The notes below the pieces were generated by a model, which had not been told where the DNA came from, did not search any database, and worked only from the letters and a program-made list of their open reading frames with translations. DNA of 64,000 nucleotides, from positions 26,510-90,509 of IMG/VR virus record IMGVR_UViG_3300032322_001315; one strand, written 5' to 3'. This stretch comes from a virus. The stretch's first letter is position 1. Every line of letters starts with the position of its first letter. Shown in pieces: positions 18,601-26,517 of this stretch. A program made the translations under genes and the position numbers.

Positions 18601-19080
18601 TTAAATAATCTGTTTCAATCTGTCTGCTGCATAACTAGCAGCGAACGCCTTAGGTTTAACAAACGGTACTACATTACAAGTACCTTTGATATAACCGATT
18701 GCTTGTTGAACAACACAAGAAGAACCATGCATTTGATTGGGATTAATATCCAAATGAACTTCTACATGACGGTCTTCAAGAACATCAGATAGTTTTTGAA
18801 ATAGTTCAGATACCTTATAAACTTCATTCATCAATCGCATAGAAGGTTTGTCTTTGCGTTGGTCATAATCTTTTTCTGTCGATACTTCTCCAAAAATCTT
18901 ACATCCATGTCGACCTTCTAGATGAACAACAATAGCAACAGTATAATCAGCATACCAAACTTCTTTTGAAATGTATCGTTCTGAGTCAGCACCTAGATAA
19001 ATCTTAGTATCGGGACCTTGTTCAGAAATAAACTGCTTCACTTCTTCAAGATTGAGTTTTTTCATTGCTGCTGCTTTCAT
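18601..19080 (-). CDS. RNase H-like YkuK (DUF458) family protein
   Basis: KIYLGADSE, RLMNEV, EVHLDINP, AASYAAD; start placed downstream of the promoter at 19095-19123. Confidence 0.8.
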   Translation of the reverse strand: MKAAAMKKLNLEEVKQFISEQGPDTKIYLGADSERYISKEVWYADYTVAIVVHLEGRHGCKIFGEVSTEKDYDQRKDKPSMRLMNEVYKVSELFQKLSDVLEDRHVEVHLDINPNQMHGSSCVVQQAIGYIKGTCNVVPFVKPKAFAASYAADRLKQII

Positions 19081-19094
19081 CAAAGTATGCTCGT

Positions 19095-19123
19095 AGTATA
19101 TATCATACTTGGACAAATGTCAA
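19095..19123 (-). promoter_or_regulatory. sigma70-type early promoter TTGACA-17-TATACT
   Basis: Consensus -35, near-consensus -10, 17-nt spacer; immediately after a terminator. Confidence 0.8.
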
Positions 19124-19124
19124 G

Positions 19125-19148
19125 AAAAAAACCGCCCGAAGGCGGTTT
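19125..19148 (-). terminator. Rho-independent terminator after rubrerythrin
   Basis: AAACCGCC-TTCG-GGCGGTTT followed by a U-tract (cUUCGg loop). Confidence 0.88.
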
Positions 19149-19167
19149 CTTACCGACTCAATAAAAA

Positions 19168-19602
19168 TTAAGCATTTTCTGCTGTGTAATTTTCAAGAGT
19201 CTTCTTAAACTTGTTAGCATGACTGCGTTCTGCCTTTGCTAAGGTTTCAAACCAATCAGCAATTTCTTCAAACCCCTCATCTCGGGCGGTCTTCGCCATA
19301 CCTGGATACATATCGGTATATTCGTGTGTTTCGCCTTCGATTGCTGAATGGAGTGCATCAGAAACAGAATTGACTTGTTCTCCTGTACCAGGATCACCAG
19401 CACCCAGAGTCAACAGATATTCCATATGACCATGAGCGTGACCAGTTTCGCCTTCTGCTGTATTTCGAAAGACTGCTGCAACTTCAGGAGCACCTTCAAT
19501 ATCAGCCATATTTGCAAAATACAAGTAACGGCGATTTGCCATAGATTCACCAGCAAATGCTTCCTTCAAACACTCTTCAGTCTTAGACCCTTTTAGATTC
19601 AT
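19168..19602 (-). CDS. rubrerythrin (short erythrin type, no rubredoxin domain)
   Basis: [25 protein letters not shown]; [20 protein letters not shown] and AERSH diiron motifs. Confidence 0.93.
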   Translation of the reverse strand: MNLKGSKTEECLKEAFAGESMANRRYLYFANMADIEGAPEVAAVFRNTAEGETGHAHGHMEYLLTLGAGDPGTGEQVNSVSDALHSAIEGETHEYTDMYPGMAKTARDEGFEEIADWFETLAKAERSHANKFKKTLENYTAENA

Positions 19603-19620
19603 TCTCTTCTCCTATCGCTC

Positions 19621-19655
19621 AAAAAAACCGAGACGTACTTTCGCAGAGGTCTCGG
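19621..19655 (-). terminator. terminator hairpin after pqqA
   Basis: CCGAGAC...GTCTCGG stem with an internal GAAA loop, followed by T7. Confidence 0.7.
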
Positions 19656-19676
19656 GCATATTATATGTATATCTGC

Positions 19677-19748
19677 TTAGCGTGCAGCAATATACATGGT
19701 AACTTCAAATCCAAAACGCTTGTCTTGTGCAGTTGGCTTAGTCCACAT
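19677..19748 (-). CDS. pqqA: pyrroloquinoline quinone precursor peptide PqqA (23 aa)
   Basis: Manual translation MWTKPTAQDKRFGFEVTMYIAAR with the WxKP...RxGFExTMY PqqA signature; strong SD TAAGGAG 6 nt upstream; own terminator. Below the ORF-track cutoff. Confidence 0.93.
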   Translation of the reverse strand: MWTKPTAQDKRFGFEVTMYIAAR

Positions 19749-19858
19749 ATCAATCTCCTTAATTAAGAACTCACACAACGTCTGTGTGTACTCATATTTA
19801 ATCACATCTTGAGTTTTTGTGCATCGTACAACTCACTAAACACAAGTAATGAAAATTA

Positions 19859-20269
19859 TTAGTCTACTTCCATCCACTCACCATCCGCCTTGAACTGAAC
19901 TTTGTAGATTAATTCTAAGTACGTTATATGTGAGTGATTTAAAATCAATCTTCCTCGATGGTCTCTTTGAAGATGATATACATTGCCAGGAACTGGCTTG
20001 AATGCATAATTTGCCTGGTCGATTAGAAGAGCCAAGTCCATTGCCCGTCTTATTCTCTCATATTCTTTAACTATAATTTCTGCTTGCTTTTGTAAATAAG
20101 CAACCTTTTCATTATATCGATTTACTGATTGACTGAGATTATATGACTTTACATCTTCTACATTGACCGGAGCAAAATATACACTTCCTACTTCTGTTGG
20201 ATACGGCAAAGAATTTCTATCTAAACCCGCAACATTTAACTCTTTTGGTAAGTTCCACGGGTTTTTCAA
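19859..20269 (-). CDS. DUF2452-like protein
   Basis: LPYPTEVGS, coiled coil, FKPVPGNVYHL. Confidence 0.65.
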   Translation of the reverse strand: MKNPWNLPKELNVAGLDRNSLPYPTEVGSVYFAPVNVEDVKSYNLSQSVNRYNEKVAYLQKQAEIIVKEYERIRRAMDLALLIDQANYAFKPVPGNVYHLQRDHRGRLILNHSHITYLELIYKVQFKADGEWMEVD

Positions 20270-20272
20270 AAG

Positions 20273-20533
20273 TTATTCCTCAAACACTCCAATAATTTCG
20301 TCCACACTAAGTTTATACAAATCGTCACCAATCTTGTGTGCTGCTTTCCAATTCACCAAAACAATATCACCTTCTTTTACTTCATCATCTTTTACTTCTG
20401 TACCGACATTAATAACTTGACCTCGTTGTGCCTCGTCTGTTCTTGACAAAATAATACCTGATTCAGTTTGCTTTTTTTGTTCCAAACTTCTGACGACAAC
20501 ATTACGACCCAATGCTCTGATTTTCATTTCCAT
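20273..20533 (-). CDS. GroES-like co-chaperonin
   Basis: MKIRALGRNVVV...TESGIIL...GQVINVG...VKEGDIV. Confidence 0.9.
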   Translation of the reverse strand: MEMKIRALGRNVVVRSLEQKKQTESGIILSRTDEAQRGQVINVGTEVKDDEVKEGDIVLVNWKAAHKIGDDLYKLSVDEIIGVFEE

Positions 20534-20966
20534 GTCTGTTCCTATTCATAAAGTTATAATATAAACCATCTTCCTTTTCGTATGCTTCTTTTTCCCAAGG
20601 ATACTCAAAATAACTTGACAGTTCTCTATCGAAAAATGTTCCTTTCCAATATTCCAGAGAATCATCAATTTCTTCTAAAATATACTGCTTGATGTGAATC
20701 ATTTCATGTGCTAATATTTTTAGCATTGGTTCTTCATATTCTTTTGCAAGGTAAATTGAAAATTCTCTCGGTTTACCTTTTGTATTATACCCATCAATAT
20801 CAACAAATGCAGCTTTGTTCTTTACGTTATATCGATAAAAATTTACTGTTATGATACAATTATTTCTGATTCTTTTAGAATCGATTAAACAAGAGGAATA
20901 ATAATCTACAGCAGACTCAACTTCCTTCTTTAGATTCTTTGGACAATTTCTTACAATTATCTTCAT
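20502..20966 (-). CDS. HEXXH zinc metallopeptidase-like protein
   Basis: LAHEMIHIKQY and PWEKEAY motifs; start at MKIIVRN. Confidence 0.7.
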   Translation of the reverse strand: MKIIVRNCPKNLKKEVESAVDYYSSCLIDSKRIRNNCIITVNFYRYNVKNKAAFVDIDGYNTKGKPREFSIYLAKEYEEPMLKILAHEMIHIKQYILEEIDDSLEYWKGTFFDRELSSYFEYPWEKEAYEKEDGLYYNFMNRNRHGNENQSIGS

Positions 20967-21366
20967 TAAAGAGTTCCGTACTGTTACCTTGTTGCGCATC
21001 TCTGTATATATTACTATATGAAATTTTCACAGGTTCAAACCATTCTTTCAACAAGTCTTTGACAACTTTAGCATCAAAGTATTTGCAAGAAAAAACGTCA
21101 AGATATAGGTCACCATTGTCGTCAAGAAAATGCGCCATAATGTTTGACGTTTCAATTAGTTGAATTGCTGTCCATCCTGCTTTATCAGTACCATCTGCAA
21201 AATGTACAAGTTGAGGTTCACCATAAGGAACCATATCAATTTCTTTTACAATCTCTTTTATAAAAGATACAATATATTCTTTATCTCTTGCCTTATTATA
21301 ATCGCAGCACATCGCATTCAAAATAAGATGTTGTCCCCAATATTCTACTGGTGTTTTATTTCTCAT
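20917..21366 (-). CDS. speD: S-adenosylmethionine decarboxylase (SpeD)-family pyruvoyl proenzyme
   Basis: WGQHLIL, QLIETSNIMAHF (self-cleavage Ser), YLDVFSCK. Confidence 0.8.
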   Translation of the reverse strand: MRNKTPVEYWGQHLILNAMCCDYNKARDKEYIVSFIKEIVKEIDMVPYGEPQLVHFADGTDKAGWTAIQLIETSNIMAHFLDDNGDLYLDVFSCKYFDAKVVKDLLKEWFEPVKISYSNIYRDAQQGNSTELFNEDNCKKLSKESKEGS

Positions 21367-21823
21367 GTTTTATCACCTCTATGCCGCATTTCTTTAAGAA
21401 GTCTATACCATCATTGAGTCTATAGTTATCATCATAATAGACTTTTTTGATCCCAGCTGTATATATCTGCTTTGCACAATGAATACAAGGAGAATGAGTT
21501 AGAAACATTGTAGAATCTTGTCCTGACTCTGAACACTTTGCTAACTTTGCAATTGCATTTGCTTCTGCATGAATGACTTCATCTTTTGTTTTAAGTTCTT
21601 CAGGATAATACTCAATTGTTCTGCTTTCCGCATCAACAACTTCTCTTTCAGGAATTAAGACTTCACATTCATTGTCCCATCCTGATGGGGTACCATTATA
21701 ACCAACAGAAATAATGCGGTCATCTTTTACAATAATCGCACCAACTTGTAATTTTTTTGCTGTGGACAATTCTGCAAATCTCTTTGCAACGTCCATATAC
21801 GCATCAATAAATTTCTGTTTCAT
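21356..21823 (-). CDS. cd: dCMP deaminase
   Basis: VGAIIV, GYNG, HAEANA, SPCIHC. Confidence 0.93.
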   Translation of the reverse strand: MKQKFIDAYMDVAKRFAELSTAKKLQVGAIIVKDDRIISVGYNGTPSGWDNECEVLIPEREVVDAESRTIEYYPEELKTKDEVIHAEANAIAKLAKCSESGQDSTMFLTHSPCIHCAKQIYTAGIKKVYYDDNYRLNDGIDFLKKCGIEVIKHEK

Positions 21824-21831
21824 AGTATCCT

Positions 21832-21908
21832 TGGTGGGCCGTCTGGGGTTCGAACCCAGTACCTATCGATTATGAGTCGATTGCTCATACCAAATGAGCT
21901 TCCAGCCC
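21832..21908 (-). tRNA. tRNA with CAT anticodon (probably Ile2, possibly Met)
   Basis: ATCGA-CTCATAA-TCGAT anticodon arm, CTGGG-TTCGAAC-CCCAG, A-CCA; lacks initiator features. Confidence 0.85.
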
Positions 21909-21916
21909 AATTAAAG

Positions 21917-21992
21917 TGGCCTGCCTGGAGGGATTCGAACCCCCGACCGATAGCTTAGAAGGCTATTGCTCTTCCGGCTGAGCTACAGGCAG
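21917..21992 (-). tRNA. tRNA-Arg(TCT)
   Basis: CTGCCTG/CAGGCAG acceptor, ATAGC-CTTCTAA-GCTAT anticodon arm, GGTTCGAAT, CCA. Confidence 0.93.
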
Positions 21993-21999
21993 AATGTTT

Positions 22000-22215
22000 T
22001 TACTTTGCTCCAAACATGTGTTGAACAATCTTTTCGTTAATCATATGAGGAATCGACAGATAGGGTTGTTCAAGTAGAAATGGACAACTTGTTTTCCATT
22101 TTCCATTCCTCACGAAATATCCATACTCATCCATATCTTCTTGCTTTGTAGCATCAAAGAATCTATGTTGTGTTGCACACCTAGTATGATGAATAAAATT
22201 ACTTAATGTACTCAA
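22000..22215 (-). CDS. hypothetical protein
   Basis: Tightly packed ORF; W...CPFLLEQPYLSIP motif. Confidence 0.6.
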   Translation of the reverse strand: MSTLSNFIHHTRCATQHRFFDATKQEDMDEYGYFVRNGKWKTSCPFLLEQPYLSIPHMINEKIVQHMFGAK

Positions 22216-22429
22216 GACTATCCTTCTTCATATAAAAGATTGTAACATTTTGATTTGACTCTGGGTTCACCCGAGAAACAGGAAGAAAAACTGTTCCGTC
22301 AATTTCTTTGATTTGCCATGTAGAGTTATTGTAGTAAATTTCAGAATCACGCAGACGATTACGCACCTTTCGAACAACTTCGACTGGTCGTTGCTGCTGC
22401 TTAATTTGACGTTTTGCTGTATGTTTCAT
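22199..22429 (-). CDS. hypothetical basic protein
   Basis: Start MKHTAK just downstream of a sigma70 promoter; KEIDGTVFLPV. Confidence 0.6.
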   Translation of the reverse strand: MKHTAKRQIKQQQRPVEVVRKVRNRLRDSEIYYNNSTWQIKEIDGTVFLPVSRVNPESNQNVTIFYMKKDSLEYIK

Positions 22430-22438
22430 AATGATTAT

Positions 22439-22467
22439 ATAGTACACTAGTTCTGGACAAAAGTCAA
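22439..22467 (-). promoter_or_regulatory. sigma70-type promoter TTGACT-17-TACTAT
   Basis: 17-nt spacer; follows a terminator-like hairpin. Confidence 0.65.
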
Positions 22468-22490
22468 GAGGGGAATTTGCTTCCCCTCTT
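22466..22490 (-). terminator. hairpin terminator after the hsp20 operon
   Basis: AAGAGGGGAA-GCAAA-TTCCCCTCTT inverted repeat. Confidence 0.7.
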
Positions 22491-22500
22491 TGTTTACCAC

Positions 22501-22563
22501 TTACTTGTTGTATTGTCTGTTCAAATACTCCCATTCCTCATCGGTAACGGGCCACCAGTTCAT
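22501..22563 (-). CDS. 20-aa small peptide translationally coupled to hsp20
   Basis: ATGA overlap with the hsp20 stop; MNWWPVTDEEWEYLNRQYNK*; ends just before the terminator. Confidence 0.5.
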   Translation of the reverse strand: MNWWPVTDEEWEYLNRQYNK

Positions 22564-22994
22564 GACGGATCCTTGATTGCAATCTTCTTTAGGTTGTTCT
22601 GTGTGTTAACAAGATTTTCCAACCAAATCTTCAACATACCATTAACAATCTCTGCGTCTTTGATTTCAATCTTGTCTGCTAGAGTAAATGTGCGTGTGAA
22701 GTTACGATTTGCAATACCTTTGAACAAATAAGATTCTTCTTCATGGCCATCTTGTGCATGACCACGAACTACAAGTTTATTGCCGTCTAGTGTGACTTCT
22801 AGGTCAGACCTAGTGAAACCGGCAACTGCCATTTCGATGATATAGGTATTTTCTTTGACCTTGCGAATGTTGTATGGGGGATACGAAGGAAGGTTCTTTT
22901 GTACATTCTTGATTTCGTCTAGAATAGATTCGAAACCGACTGAGAATGGATCAAAAGACTTACGCAGGTCAAACAGGCTAGGAATAGTTGTCAT
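22560..22994 (-). CDS. small heat shock protein Hsp20 (IbpA-like)
   Basis: YPPYNI, EMAVAGF, FKGIANRNFTRTFTL, NGML; ATG 22994 is 8 nt from SD AAGGAG. Confidence 0.95.
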   Translation of the reverse strand: MTTIPSLFDLRKSFDPFSVGFESILDEIKNVQKNLPSYPPYNIRKVKENTYIIEMAVAGFTRSDLEVTLDGNKLVVRGHAQDGHEEESYLFKGIANRNFTRTFTLADKIEIKDAEIVNGMLKIWLENLVNTQNNLKKIAIKDPS

Positions 22995-23002
22995 ATTCAT
23001 TT

Positions 23003-23052
23003 CTCCTTAATTAAGCAAGTTATAATATGTGGCCCCATTTGGCGACCACATA
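23003..23052 (-). promoter_or_regulatory. structured hsp20 leader with ROSE-like RNA thermometer hairpin
   Basis: CUUGCUU-AAUU-AAGGAG (UUGCU paired to the SD with a bulged G), preceded by a UAUGUGG...CCACAUA hairpin. Confidence 0.6.
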
Positions 23053-23053
23053 C

Positions 23054-23084
23054 TATTTATATCACACTAAAGAAAAAATGTCAA
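23054..23084 (-). promoter_or_regulatory. composite hsp20 promoter: TTGACA-17-TATAAA with embedded late TATAAATA
   Basis: -35 at 23079-23084; TATAAATA at 23054-23061. Confidence 0.7.
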
Positions 23085-23836
23085 TCTTTAATTTCATTCC
23101 AATATATTATTTGCCAACTTCCGTCAAGATTTTCTACTAAGGCAGAACATGACTCTACCCAGTCACCATCGTTCATGTAGATGACTTCTTCGATTTCTTT
23201 GATTTCCGGCGTGTGGATGTGACCGCAGATGACTCCATCGAAACCTTTTCGTTTGCAGTATTTTGCGAGGTTTGATTCAAATTTGAAAATGAAATCGACC
23301 GCTTTCTTGACTCTACTCTTGAGATAACGGCTAAGGCTCCAGTAGCCGAAGCCGAGACGATGACGGATAGAGTTAAAAGTAGTATTAAGATTAAGAACAA
23401 TATCATATGCTTTATCTCCTAAAAATGATAACCATGGTGCAAGTCTTGTTATACCATCAAACATATCACCATGTACAACTAGATATTTTTTTCCATCAAT
23501 ACCTATATGCTCTGCGTGATTTGTTATTTCAACTTGACCAAAAGAAAGACCGTATGGAATTAACGGTCTTAAAAATTCATCGTGATTGCCTGCAATATAA
23601 ACAACTCTAGTGCCTCTTTTAGCATGACCTAAAATTCTTCTTATTACATTTGTGTGACTTTGTTTCCATCGCCATTTATTTTGTTGAATCTTCCATCCAT
23701 CAATTATATCGCCTATAAGATACAAAGTATCACATGAATTATGCTTTAAAAAGTTATTTAATAGTTCTGCTTTACTATCTTTAGTACCCAAATGAACATC
23801 AGATATGAATATTGTTCTATAGTGGGTTTGTTCCAT
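23081..23836 (-). CDS. calcineurin-like metallophosphoesterase, UDP-2,3-diacylglucosamine hydrolase (LpxH)-like
   Basis: ISDVHLG, GDIIDGW, GNHDE, HGD, CGHIH, NDGDWVESC. Confidence 0.88.
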   Translation of the reverse strand: MEQTHYRTIFISDVHLGTKDSKAELLNNFLKHNSCDTLYLIGDIIDGWKIQQNKWRWKQSHTNVIRRILGHAKRGTRVVYIAGNHDEFLRPLIPYGLSFGQVEITNHAEHIGIDGKKYLVVHGDMFDGITRLAPWLSFLGDKAYDIVLNLNTTFNSIRHRLGFGYWSLSRYLKSRVKKAVDFIFKFESNLAKYCKRKGFDGVICGHIHTPEIKEIEEVIYMNDGDWVESCSALVENLDGSWQIIYWNEIKD

Positions 23837-24238
23837 TCACTTCACTATCTTTTTGCCAATGTTGTACTTAGGTACTAAATCCCAATCATCTTTTTCTTTG
23901 TGTCCAATGATTTTGATTTGTGAGATATTTACTTTAAGTTCATCGACTTTTTTCTTGTCAACTACTTTGAGAAGACCCCAATCGTCTAACAGAGCAGCAA
24001 TCGTGTTTCTTCTTGCTAAATCATTCTCTGTAATGTCTGTGGGCTTACCATCTAAAGCAAATAGTTCTTTGAAGTGAACAATATAATATTTACCTTGCTT
24101 ATGCAAGATGTGACAGGACTGATATAAAATTCTTTCTTTTTTTGATGCAACACCAATGCGAGTCAACGTCTCACGAATCTTTAGAAAATCATCCTTTTCA
24201 TTAAGTATTACTTCTACCATATCTTCTATTCGAATCAT
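23837..24238 (-). CDS. regA: translational repressor RegA
   Basis: DFLKIRETLTRIG, QSCHILHKQG, HFKELFALDG. Confidence 0.97.
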   Translation of the reverse strand: MIRIEDMVEVILNEKDDFLKIRETLTRIGVASKKERILYQSCHILHKQGKYYIVHFKELFALDGKPTDITENDLARRNTIAALLDDWGLLKVVDKKKVDELKVNISQIKIIGHKEKDDWDLVPKYNIGKKIVK

Positions 24239-24627
24239 TATTTTGTTACTCCACCTTTGTCTGTTATTTTTCTTATATAGGAGAGTTGCTCTTTGGTTAG
24301 TATGAGTAACGCATCTTTTGCTTTTTCGTCAGAATAACCAAAATATTCTTTCACACACTCCAAGTCCTTGACCGATTCTGCTTTTTGCCAAGGTTGAAAC
24401 TTTCGCTTCATCGGTCGTATAATATTTAGAAGATAATCATATTGTAGTTTTTTATCTAAATGGTGATGCATATTGATTTCATTTACATAAAAAATACAAT
24501 CAAGGTGATATGATAGTGCCTTATTAACTATGAAAGAATTATACTCTCTTTCATCGTCTTCAGATTCAAGTTGATTCTTCTTTGTCTGTAGAATAGACGG
24601 TACGATTTCTTTGAACAAGTCTGGCAT
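24238..24627 (-). CDS. 62: clamp loader small subunit gp62
   Basis: FIVNKALS, QYDYLLN, EYFGYS; synteny. Confidence 0.92.
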   Translation of the reverse strand: MPDLFKEIVPSILQTKKNQLESEDDEREYNSFIVNKALSYHLDCIFYVNEINMHHHLDKKLQYDYLLNIIRPMKRKFQPWQKAESVKDLECVKEYFGYSDEKAKDALLILTKEQLSYIRKITDKGGVTK

Positions 24628-25562
24628 TATTCAAACTCACATTCAACCATAATTTCAGTCAAACACGCCACAAGATTGATTTCTTGGTCAGCACAAAATG
24701 CTGCTTGATATTGATACTTTGCAAGAATCAATACTGCTTGAGGTACAGATTGAGGTTTGAGAAATTCACTCAATGAGTCATAAATCTTTCGATAGATACG
24801 AACGGGGTCATTGTCTAGATTATTCGTGACCCACTTTCGAGCAGAACCAAAGTCTTTTTCTTTGATAGACTTGATTAATTCATTGATTTGAATATCTGAT
24901 ACTTGTGCTAGAATACCTTTATCGATATTACCAGATACAGAATATCGTTGAAGTTCATTTAGAATGCGGCGATTGTCAGGGAAATGCTTTTTGATGACAT
25001 GAGCAACAACTTCTTTGTCGTATTGCACATTTTCTTGTTCAAGAATCCATTCGACTCTCTTGAAGAAAAGAGATGCCATCTTTGCTTTGCTGCCATTGAG
25101 CTTGAAGTCAACGACAGTACAACGAGAATGAATCGGGTCAATGATTCTATTCTTATAATTACAGGTAAAGATGAATGAACAATTTGACGCAAACTCTTCA
25201 ATAGCACCACGCAGAGCAGGTTGAGTTGAGTTTGGGTTTAGATAGTCTGCTTCATCAATAATAACAACTTTGCGACCACCAGTTAGACTTACTGAGGACG
25301 CATAGTTTTTGATTTTGTTGCGGAGAACATCAATGCCGCTTTCGTCTGAGCCATTGATAACGATGTAATCGCAGCCGACTTCATCGCAGAGTGCTTTTGC
25401 GATTGTTGTCTTTCCAACGCCTGCGGATCCAGCAAGTAACAGATTTGGGATTTCTTTTCGATTGACATATTCTTGAAATGTTCCTTTCAATGCCTCAGGA
25501 AGAATACAATCTTCAACTTTATGAGGACGATACTTCTCTACCCACAATAGATGGTCTACCAT
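24627..25562 (-). CDS. 44: clamp loader large subunit gp44
   Basis: LWVEKYRP, GVGKTT, IIDEAD, SRC motif. Confidence 0.97.
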   Translation of the reverse strand: MVDHLLWVEKYRPHKVEDCILPEALKGTFQEYVNRKEIPNLLLAGSAGVGKTTIAKALCDEVGCDYIVINGSDESGIDVLRNKIKNYASSVSLTGGRKVVIIDEADYLNPNSTQPALRGAIEEFASNCSFIFTCNYKNRIIDPIHSRCTVVDFKLNGSKAKMASLFFKRVEWILEQENVQYDKEVVAHVIKKHFPDNRRILNELQRYSVSGNIDKGILAQVSDIQINELIKSIKEKDFGSARKWVTNNLDNDPVRIYRKIYDSLSEFLKPQSVPQAVLILAKYQYQAAFCADQEINLVACLTEIMVECEFE

Positions 25563-25580
25563 TCATAACTCCCATAATAA

Positions 25581-25652
25581 AAAATTTACCGTTCAGTAAC
25601 TATAGCACAATTACTGAACGGTATCAAGAAAAATTTACTGTTCAGTAAATTT
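25581..25652 (-). promoter_or_regulatory. sigma70-type promoter TTGATA-17-TATAGT (25599-25627) embedded in direct and inverted GTTCAGTAA repeats
   Basis: TACCGTTCAGTAA (25587-99) and TTACTGAACGGTA (25611-23) form a perfect inverted repeat; palindrome AAATTTACTG-TT-CAGTAAATTT (25631-52). Confidence 0.7.
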
Positions 25653-25845
25653 AATCAGTTAGTGCACCATTAAGTGTACCAACTACATCAAGTACGGACT
25701 CTTCAACTGCTAGATTGCCACCAATGAAAACGATTGCAGTCTTTCCATCAAAGTCTCCTCCGGAGGCTTCAAAGACACTAATGACCTGCTTAGGATTTAC
25801 TGCAATACTCTTCTTTGTGTTTGCTTCGGTAAAATAAATTAACAT
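25651..25845 (-). CDS. small hypothetical protein (FlbD-like pattern)
   Basis: IAVNPKQVISV...VEESVLDVV; AGGAG SD. Confidence 0.7.
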   Translation of the reverse strand: MLIYFTEANTKKSIAVNPKQVISVFEASGGDFDGKTAIVFIGGNLAVEESVLDVVGTLNGALTD

Positions 25846-25854
25846 TTTGTCTCC

Positions 25855-26517
25855 TTAGACTTTTTCAGTTGATACCCAATATTCTGATGTGCCTGACCCA
25901 TTCTTAAAATGAGAAATGCCTTTAGCAGAAATTTCTACTTCATATGAATCGGACATAATCTTGTTTAGATTTTCTGTCTTGAACACATATCTAAATCCAT
26001 TTTCTGTTTCACCGATGTCAATCGAATTAACGTGTGCTGAATCATTGGATGCATCAAAAGAAGACAGACGCAACTTACCATCGACACCTTCGACTGCAAT
26101 GTTTGGTGACTGAAGAACTGATGCTGTACGAACAATCCATTCATAATCTTCTTGAGTCAACTTAAATTGAACATCAACAGAAGGTAGAACAATTTGCTTG
26201 TCTGGTGGAGTATAAAGCATCGACTTGTCAGTAACACGATATTTAATCTTGCTACGACCATTCATAAATTTGACAATAACATGACTATCATCAAAATCAA
26301 GTTCAGGTGCATCCTTCTGTAGAGAAAGAACTGATAGAAAATTGTTCAAATCGTAGATACCAAATTCTTTTGGAAAGTCTTCTTCAACTGTAACTTGAGC
26401 AAGTACAGTCTTTGACTGTGACACGGTAGAAAGAACATTTCCTTGCTTAAAATACAATCCAGAATTAATCGCAGAAAAATTCTTTAGAATTGATAGTGTA
26501 TTAGTAGATAACTTCAT
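25855..26517 (-). CDS. 45: sliding clamp gp45
   Basis: MKLSTNTLSILKNFSAIN, FGIYDLNNFL, Y-W C-terminus. Confidence 0.95.
   Translation of the reverse strand: MKLSTNTLSILKNFSAINSGLYFKQGNVLSTVSQSKTVLAQVTVEEDFPKEFGIYDLNNFLSVLSLQKDAPELDFDDSHVIVKFMNGRSKIKYRVTDKSMLYTPPDKQIVLPSVDVQFKLTQEDYEWIVRTASVLQSPNIAVEGVDGKLRLSSFDASNDSAHVNSIDIGETENGFRYVFKTENLNKIMSDSYEVEISAKGISHFKNGSGTSEYWVSTEKV

Noticed and set aside
18408-18608. 66-aa plus-strand ORF
   Set aside because: It is the antisense of two tRNA genes.
22430-22534. N-terminal extension of ORF 22199-22534
   Set aside because: It runs across a terminator hairpin and a promoter; the start was moved to 22429.
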